From the human T2T-CHM13v2.0 reference genome, Homo sapiens, in assembly GCF_009914755.1 (NCBI RefSeq), contig NC_060929.1: 64,000 nucleotides of DNA. One strand, written 5' to 3'. Below the pieces are notes generated by a model. That model saw nothing but the letters and a program-made list of their open reading frames with translations. It was not told where the DNA came from and searched no databases. This document shows positions 54,563 to 64,000 of the stretch, in pieces. The stretch's first letter is position 1. Each line of letters opens with the position of its first letter. The translations under genes and the position numbers were made by a program.

Positions 54563-54881
<319 letters not shown>

Positions 54882-55450
54882 TGTATTTTTCTCAAGGCAT
54901 CAATGATGGTATATTACCTCTTTTTTGTAAATACCTGCCTGTGCCTAATGAACAATGAACAGCTAGAATTAGCACTTCTTTTTATTCGTTTTTTTTTTTC
55001 TCTGCTTGCAGTGCAGTGTCTGGTCTATAATTATGCTCAATAAACCCTTTGTTAATTAAACTGAAATGTTGATAAACGAATAAACTCACAGGTGTTTCTT
55101 CTGTCTAAATAGAAATATTAATTTTTGAATGATTCTTAAAACAATTTGCCCTATTATTTTACTTGCAAGAGCTCAAACATTTATGGAAATGTTCTTTACT
55201 TCATAACAAATAATGCAAAAAATTATTTCATAGTTAATTATATAATAAGTAATTTAACATAAGAATTAACTTATTTGAGTTATAGAAAAAAACAGATTAC
55301 TTGTTTGTCTAAATATTCTCACAATTTCTGTGGAGTTGGAACAAAATTAGAAATACACACAGACTTTATATTTATCTTGAAAATTTATATTTAATTATTA
55401 TGTAAATGAAATAAAAAAGCTGGAACACATTGGGAGTATATGCAACACAC

Positions 55451-55787
55451 TGTCTTACTCTGTTTTGTGTTACTGTAACCAAATATCAAAGACTGGTTAA
55501 TTTATAAAGAACAGAAATGTATTGCCTCAGAATTCTGGAGGCAGAGAAGTCCAAGACTAAGGTACCAGCATTTGGTCTGCTAAAGGCATTCTGGCCTTGT
55601 CTCCACAGGGCAGAAGGTAAAAGAGCAAGCTAGCCAAATGCTGGATAAAGCCTCTTTTATAAAGACCTTAATCCCATTCATGATCAAGAAGTTCTCACAG
55701 CCTTCTCACCTCTTAATGAACCCACTTCTTAATACCTTCACATTGGGAACACCTGAATTTTGGAGAGTCCATGTTCAAACCATAGCC
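55451..55787 (-). mobile_element. MaLR solo LTR (MSTC/MSTD/MLT1A1-like)
   Basis: tgtctta...aatttataaagaacagaaat...aagtccaaga...ttcaaaccatagc. Confidence 0.85.
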
Positions 55788-56459
55788 AATACCGTGTAGA
55801 CACAATAGTTTACTCCACAAAGTATATAATGAGCAATATAATTATTTGAAAAGATGTTTTTGTAGATGTTAAAAATCATCATGACTTTTTGGCATTAAAA
55901 CAAATTACTTATTTTTAGGTCAGGCTATCTGGTGTTATTAGGACAGTCATTTATTTTAAAGACATATATTTAACCTCTTGATGGTATTTACATAATAATG
56001 TCTGTTTTATGCCCAAAGTGCTGCAAATTTTGAAAAACTCATGATTTAAGCACCCTGCTGCCCTAAAATAGTTATGTTTTCAATCAAAAGTGTTTTAGAG
56101 TCTGTTCAGTTTACTTTAGTTTTAGTTCGCATAACTATTCCATTAGTTCACATAATAACTACTCCATTAACCCATATTTGCAATGCTGTCAAGTATAACA
56201 TACGCAACTCTGCAAGTAAAAAGAACATACATATGTAAAATAAATAATGTAACTGACTAGATGTCAAATTTGTTTTGTCTCTCTGTAGGTGTGTAAGATC
56301 TCTTCATATAGATTTTTTGCTAAAAGTTGTGTTTAGCAAATCCTCCTTATAAATATAAATTTTAAAAATGTCTGATTTACATATATGTAATAAAACTGAA
56401 TCTGTTGACTGAATGTAAGGTTTAAGACATTACAAACATTTTAATTATTTTATTTATAC

Positions 56460-58570
56460 ATTTAGGAAATAATCCAACCTTTTAAATAAACTTTTAAGAG
56501 TAGATAGAGCCAAATACCCAGAACTCAAAACTCTAAGATAGCATAATAAATAAATAATAAATAATGATGAATCAAAGCACTGAAAAAAATATGAAACGAG
56601 AAATTTGTGCCTTGGGGATCTAACCTATGGAGAAACAAAGATAAGAATTACAGTGAACTTTTTGTTAGAAACCACACAACTAAGAAGAGCGTGAAGCAAA
56701 ATATTTAATGTGTTAAAAACAAATAAATATAATCTGGAATACTATATACAGTGAAGTTATCATTCAAGAGTAAAGATTATTTTCAGGCTTTTTGACTTTG
56801 GAAATATTTTAAAACATGTATTATAGTCACCTGACAATTGATAGAAATATCTAGGCAGAGATATTTATTTTTTCATTTATCTATAGTATAAATTAGCTTA
56901 GAACCTGAGTAAGGCCATTTAGGAAATAACATAGAATTTATTTCCTAGAACAACTAGAAGTTGTTCTAGGAAAAAGCCTGGAAGAATTTCAGTCTTGAAT
57001 CATTGTGTGGGAATATAGATAATGAGATGCAAAGGAATCAATAAATTAGTTACCACAGCTGTAAGAAACACTAAGTAACATTGTTAAAGACAAGCAAGGT
57101 CAGGCCAGACACAGTGGTTCATGCCTGTAATCCAAGACCTTTGGGGGGCTAAGTAAGGAGAATGGCTTGAGTCCAGGAGTTCAAGATCAGCCTGGGTAAC
57201 ATGGTGTAATCTCCGTTTCTACAAAAATTAAAAAACAAACAAACAGGTTTGATGCTGTGTGCCTGTAGTCCCAGCTACTTGGGAGGCTTAGGTGCGAGGC
57301 TCACTTGAGCTCAGGAGGTCAAGGCTGCAGTGAGCCAAGACTGCACTACTGCATTCCAGCCTGGGCAACAAAGCCACACTGTGTCAAAAAAAAAAAAAAA
57401 AAAAATTCAAAATTGTTTTACGTTCATTATAAAAGTGTCATCTACACTAAAGTTGGTTTAGAAGCACTGCTACTTCTGTTACTATGGCTAAATATGTAGA
57501 CTGGGTTATCTACCCCTTGCAGAAAAATTAGACCATGGAAGGCAGTGTTTGAGATGAATTACTTTCAAAAAAAGATAATAAAAGAGGTAATAAAAGTCTC
57601 CACGGTCTACATCTCCATCCAAAATTAATGTGAATTGGACCTGGAACACTTGAAGATGACCTACATGTCAATAAGCTCTGCCCAGTTACTGCATGCCTAT
57701 TGTCACTCCGCAACTGGGAACCAAGCCTTTCTTCAGCTATGAATGAAGCCGACTTTTATCTCGAGATGAGATATTGAGAGGGTTATTCTCATTTGGCCAG
57801 TGGTTCCACTGACTACATTTAGAGACAAAAGCAACTTTTTTATTAAAGAAATGTTTCACCAGTATAGTCCTGTAGGACTTATAAATATCAAGTCAAAATG
57901 TGGATTTACCATGATCACATGGTATAAAAGAATACAAGCAACTATAAGTGGAAATTCAGCTAGAAGCATAAATAATATATATAAATCATGAAGGGCTGAA
58001 TATATTAGAATAATAAAAACTATAGAAATATATGCATGAAAATTTTATAAACAAAAGAGGCAATACAAAAATCATTCTGCAAAAGACTATTAGGAATCAA
58101 AGGACAGCCCTCTTAAAATGGATTTTCCATAAATAAAGTCTGTAACTTAATGTACTGAAATTAACTGGAAAGAAAATGTATCTAAAAGAATTAAACACCA
58201 AAAGACATAGAGACACAAAATATGAACAGATAAGCTATATGGAGGATGAAATAAGAAGATTTAATATATATGTATATATCACTTAGCATCTCAAGTGTAA
58301 AGAGCAGAAAAAATGGAAGTGAGATAATATTTGAAGAGATAAAGTTTGTATCTCTTTAGATAGATCTATGTCCAAAGCAAAATAAATAACATGAAACTCA
58401 ATACTAAAACTGTATACTGCCAAAGACAAAAACAAATTTTAAAAATACTAGAGAAAAGAGAGACCACGTGAAAGGAGTGAAAATTAAAATTGTAGAAAGA
58501 CTGGATAACCAAAACAGTGAAACTGTGGTTATCGTCAAACTGCTGAGAGAATATAAGCATTAATCATGCA
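56460..58570 (+). mobile_element. Ancient L1M (L1ME-like) 5'/ORF1-region fragments
   Basis: A-rich degenerate ORF1-like motifs (gaacttttt...agaaacca, aatatttgaagagata); low resolution. Confidence 0.5.
57103..57405 (+). mobile_element. Alu (AluJ-like)
   Basis: ggaggtcaaggctgcagtgagcc is AluJ-diagnostic; poly-A tail. Confidence 0.93.
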
Positions 58571-58579
58571 TAATCTAAG

Positions 58580-59102
58580 ATGTTGTTGGATGTTCTCTAC
58601 TTGACTCTGGTATTAGTCCACATTTCTTCATATGTGCTTGGATCCTGGAAGTTTACAGGTAGCATCAAACAGGTGTCTTGCACTCTGAACTGTCCTTTGT
58701 TTCAGCCAATGAGTAATCATCAGCTGGAGGGAAGAGGATGAAAGACAAGAGTCAAGATAGTTATTCCTTAGATTTCTTACCTACAGGACCATAGGTTGGT
58801 GAAGATTTCTCTTTCAAAGTCTTCTAGTCATTTACACTTGATCTTAGCCAAAAGGCCAGATGCTATCTTCTAGCATTTACAGTGGGCCTTTTCTAAAACT
58901 GCAGATCTTACTAGTTCCAATATCACTGCCTCATTGTATCTTTCAGGCCTCAAAATGGGAATTTCTCGAGGCTGTTGCTAGCCCTGGGATGCTTTATTAT
59001 CCCTGGTCGATATTATTCAGGCTCACACTTTGTTATATAGTCTGTTCTATATTATTCCATTTGAGTGTGCCATTTGTTTCTACTTTAAGGCCCTAAAGAA
59101 TA
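58580..59102 (-). mobile_element. LTR33-like (ERVL) LTR
   Basis: cagccaatgag...gagtcaagatagttattcc...ttgctagccctggg...atttgagtgtgccatttgtttc. Confidence 0.7.
58833..58866 (-). pseudogene. U2 snRNA 5' fragment (~35 nt), 3'-truncated retropseudogene
   Basis: tacacttgatcttagccaaaaggcc...at is the reverse complement of the U2 5' end (ATCGCTTCTCGGCCTTTTGGCTAAGATCAAGTGTA); flanked by the repeat cttctag(t)catttaca. Confidence 0.92.
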
Positions 59103-59195
59103 TTTTATTTTAAGGGTGAAATAGTAACATATAGTGATAAACAGAGTTTAAGTACTAGAAAACTTAGATAAGGAAATACCTAGACAAAAATATTC

Positions 59196-59542
<347 letters not shown>

Positions 59543-59571
59543 GCAGCAGTTCTATCTCAAAGCACTACAAC

Positions 59572-60420
<849 letters not shown>

Positions 60421-60766
60421 ATTACGGATGACACAATCACATTCATCCCCCATCACACCCTTACTTTGAAGAAGTACCATTCATAAGTTGGTGATTTTTT
60501 TTTTCTGTAACAAGTAACCAGCCAAACTCTCTTGACCATGGGTGTGTTCCTGATGTTTTTCATTGATGAGCATAGATAGGCGAGAGGGAATTATATTTTT
60601 TATAAGGTTTTATATTGGTAATGTGATTATATAAAAATATATCCTTCATCTGAGGTGATGCCATGCTGAAGAACATTTTTGGAGTATCTTAATGTTTTCA
60701 CTTTTACATTTCCTTACATTTTCTCATTACTGGAAAGAAGAATCAAAGTTTTCAACTAAGGTGTGT

Positions 60767-61070
60767 GTTTTTTTGTTTTAAGTTTTTGTTTGTTTTAGAA
60801 AGGGTTTCACTTTGTGCCCATGCAGTGGCGCTGTCACAGCTCGCTGCAGCCTTGACCTCCCGTGATCAAGCAATCTTCCTGCCTCAGCCTCCCAAGTAGC
60901 TGGGACTACAGGTGTCATACCACCACGCCCAGCTAATTTTTTATTTTTTTTTGTACAGACAGGATTTCACCATGTTGCCCAGGGTGGTCTCCAACTCCTG
61001 GTTGAAGCAATCTGCCCACTTCAGCCTTTCAAAGTGCTGGCATTACAGGCATGAGACACTGCTCCTGGCC
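60767..61070 (-). mobile_element. Alu (AluJo-like)
   Basis: cacagctcgctgcagccttgacctcc is AluJo-diagnostic. Confidence 0.93.
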
Positions 61071-62019
61071 TCCAGCTAACTTCCAGAAGTTGTAACATTT
61101 GTTTTCTATGTTACACATTGAGATGATGCTTTGTTAAACATATTTCTATGGCTCACAAGGTGGAGCAAAACTTCTCCCATAATTTTATGCATCACCTCTC
61201 TCCAGCTTATTACAGACATGATCAACATTTGGTCAGGAATAGAAAAAGGTTGATATGTTTCCCATCCCATGTTTCTGTCCATCTCTATTCCCACCTGGAT
61301 TTCATCAGAAGAATCTCAGGGTCTTCCAGGAGGGGGAACCAGTATCTCCAGCAATGGGTAGATACACACTGCTCTACAGAACAAATGCCTGCTCATACTG
61401 TGCGGTTACTTTGATGGTAAGGAAATTGATGGGTGTTCCTAGAGTTTGGAAGACATAGAGATATACATATTTTGCAATGCACCTGGACAATTCTAAAGAC
61501 AAGAGCCCAGTTAAAGCTCCTTTGACCACAGAGCAAAGAAAAAGTGCTGAAAAGGGCTGAGCCTGCACTTCCAGAATTAGCTGCCTCTAAAAATTCCAAG
61601 TTTTTCCATTATCAAAGTGGACACTATAGGAAGATATACATAGGGATATCCTAAAAGAACTTCCTGCTAAAATTATCTGACACAAACAAATGAAGTGGTG
61701 TAGGGTATATCACTGAATCAGAGAACTCAAAAGCATTCTTGGAAGGTCAGCTCTAGAAAGTTCAGCTAGATATTAGTATTAAATATCCCAATCAAAACAC
61801 TCAAAAGTGCCACAAGAAAAAAAAAGCCAGGAATTAATACTAGAATCCATCAACACTTAAGTAAGACCTGCTTATTTTCCTTACACTCCTGGAGAAACCA
61901 TGTACAGCTAGCAATTTGAAGAATAATTAGAATGGTAAGTAGAAGATCCAGACGGAATATTGAAGACAATATCTCTCTTCCTTGTTACTGGACTCTGAAT
62001 TAACCAGGGAATTATACTA

Positions 62020-62265
62020 ATTGCTTGCATTTATTGTAAGCAGCAAACAGTGCTTACTATTTGCCAGCAATCCTCCATGAATTAATTTATTTAATCTTTG
62101 CAATAAACCTATAGGGTGGTAATTATTATTACTACCCACCATTTTAGAGTTGAGAAAACTAAAGCATATAGAGTTTGAATAACTTGCCCAAGTTTACATC
62201 GCAGCTGGTATTCAATTTCAGGTAATTAGTTTCCAGAGTATGTCCTCTTAACCTCTATTCCTAAC
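62020..62265 (-). mobile_element. MIR SINE
   Basis: ccattttagagttgagaaaactaaagcatatagagtttgaataacttgcccaag core. Confidence 0.85.
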
Positions 62266-63614
62266 TACATCCAGTTGTGAAATAATCTTTGAAAATAAGA
62301 ATAATTTATTTAACTTTTTTTATATGAAGGAAAAAGACTTTTCTAAAAACAAGCAGTAAGTGGAAGAGCTATTGGAATTGCCAGAGACATGATCAATAGG
62401 CTGAATATGAAATTCAGATAAGCTTGCTGGATGTCATATTGAGAAAAATAGAAGCATTGTTTTCCCTGGTAGCATTTGACAAAGTCCAGGTCTTGTCATA
62501 TGCCCAATACATCAATTTCCTATTTTAAAAATTTATCAGGTTCAATGTTAATCTGTACAAACATATTAAAACTGAAGTAGAATGGTGCCAATTACACTAA
62601 AATGAAACCTACAGAGATCCGTTTTATTTAATTAGGAAAGCAAATTATTTTGCTGCCTAACGATTTTTTTGAGGAAGAAAGAAAATTCTGTTTATTAATA
62701 TTAAGGCCTGACATGTGAGGAGAAGATTATGAAATTCCTGAAACGTTTAGTGCCTTATCTATTTTCTTCATGATGCCAGAGCCCATTTTACCCCGATAGA
62801 TTTCTGAAAATTTTTATTAGGTTAATCATGTGATTATAAAGATTGTGGTTAATCAAATTCCAGGATATTATGTTGGTATACTTTTTGTCTGTTTGCTTGT
62901 TTTTATCATTTCAAAAGGAGCATCTGTGAAGTTATCATGCTAGGCACATAAAGTAGGATTTTGAGGATCCTGGCTTTCTGTGGTCACACCTTCTGCAATA
63001 CATGAACTTGGCCATTTGTGGAAAACAACACAGAAAAGGTGGAACATGTTACTATTTGTTTTTTATCTAACAACACTGGACAGAGTCAGAAGCCAAAATG
63101 ATAAAAAGAAGTGTAATAAGCACACTGTAAAAATAGAAACCTCCTTTTGGACAAAAGATACCACAAATGTAAAGAGACAGGAATTCATAAAATGTGGTTA
63201 AGAATTCACTCACATGGGCAAATATACTCGAGAGAAATAAAGTTATTTTTTATCATATCCTCAACAACCTGACCACCTGGGTCTTCTTTACTCTCCTGGA
63301 AAACTAGATTGGACACAAAGAAACCCATACTCAGAGAGCTGAAAAGGTGACAGTCTTCTTTTTGTCAGGTAGCCAAGAAAGAGGCAATATGTGCACGCAG
63401 GTAAAAGCAGGATTAGAGATCTGCTTCTGCTTAGAAAGTTTCACTGCTAAATCTTATGTAAAAAGTAAGCTTTCCACAAATCTTAGCCAACACTGATATT
63501 TAATCTAGCATCTGGACAGTTGTTTCAGTTTACCACCTTGTAGGTGTAACTTTAGAATTATTGCAGAGTCCTAAAGGTTGAAAAGCAAGGAAAGTTGTCT
63601 AGATTCTCACTGTG

Positions 63615-63810
63615 AGAATCACAAAACACATAAACTATACTATATTTCACACACCACAGCTGGAAACCTTTAAGCAATTCAGGAGGAGTGAATTCCCTTT
63701 ACTTACAGAAATGAAAACCTACCTAGACAGGATATTCTTAAGCAAGGAGTTTCCTCTGTACAATTTGCTGACATAATTAGAGATGAAACTGAAAATTTGG
63801 ACAGTACTTA
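63615..63810 (-). mobile_element. MIR-like fragment
   Basis: agctggaaaccttta...tttacttacagaaatgaaaacc; weak match. Confidence 0.4.
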
Positions 63811-64000
63811 TTCTGAGTTTTATTACCCTATTCATCTGAAATATTTAAAGTACATGTAAATTGTCTATGTGAGTCTTGTAGATAAGTCAAAATCATGTTT
63901 TGTAGAAACCTTAAATTGTTCCCACTTTTTTCCCCTTGTTCATTATGCCTGCCTCATCCTAAAAAGAATTTGAGGTGCCAATGTATTGTTTGGCTACTAT

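Overview
AT-rich, repeat-dense primate (human-like) genomic DNA, intronic or intergenic. I can support no protein-coding exon, and the listed ORFs are L1, Alu, LTR or microsatellite artefacts. The main structures are: a near-full-length decayed L1PA15/16-type element (+, 3630-10013) with two 3' ends inside one target-site duplication (TSD); a near-full-length L1PB-type element (-, ~23305-32905) carrying five nested insertions, including an L1PA3-like fragment inside a HERV-K(HML-6) LTR3; and a MaLR (MSTA) LTR-internal-LTR remnant (51371-53447). There are also about 13 Alus, many solo LTRs, DNA-transposon relics, L2/MIR relics, microsatellites and a 3'-truncated U2 snRNA retrocopy. Family names come from recalled consensus sequences, not from a database run, so subfamily calls are tentative. 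I found no convincing new biological system. The best leads concern insertion mechanisms, a few near-perfect hairpins and a candidate recursive-splice motif.
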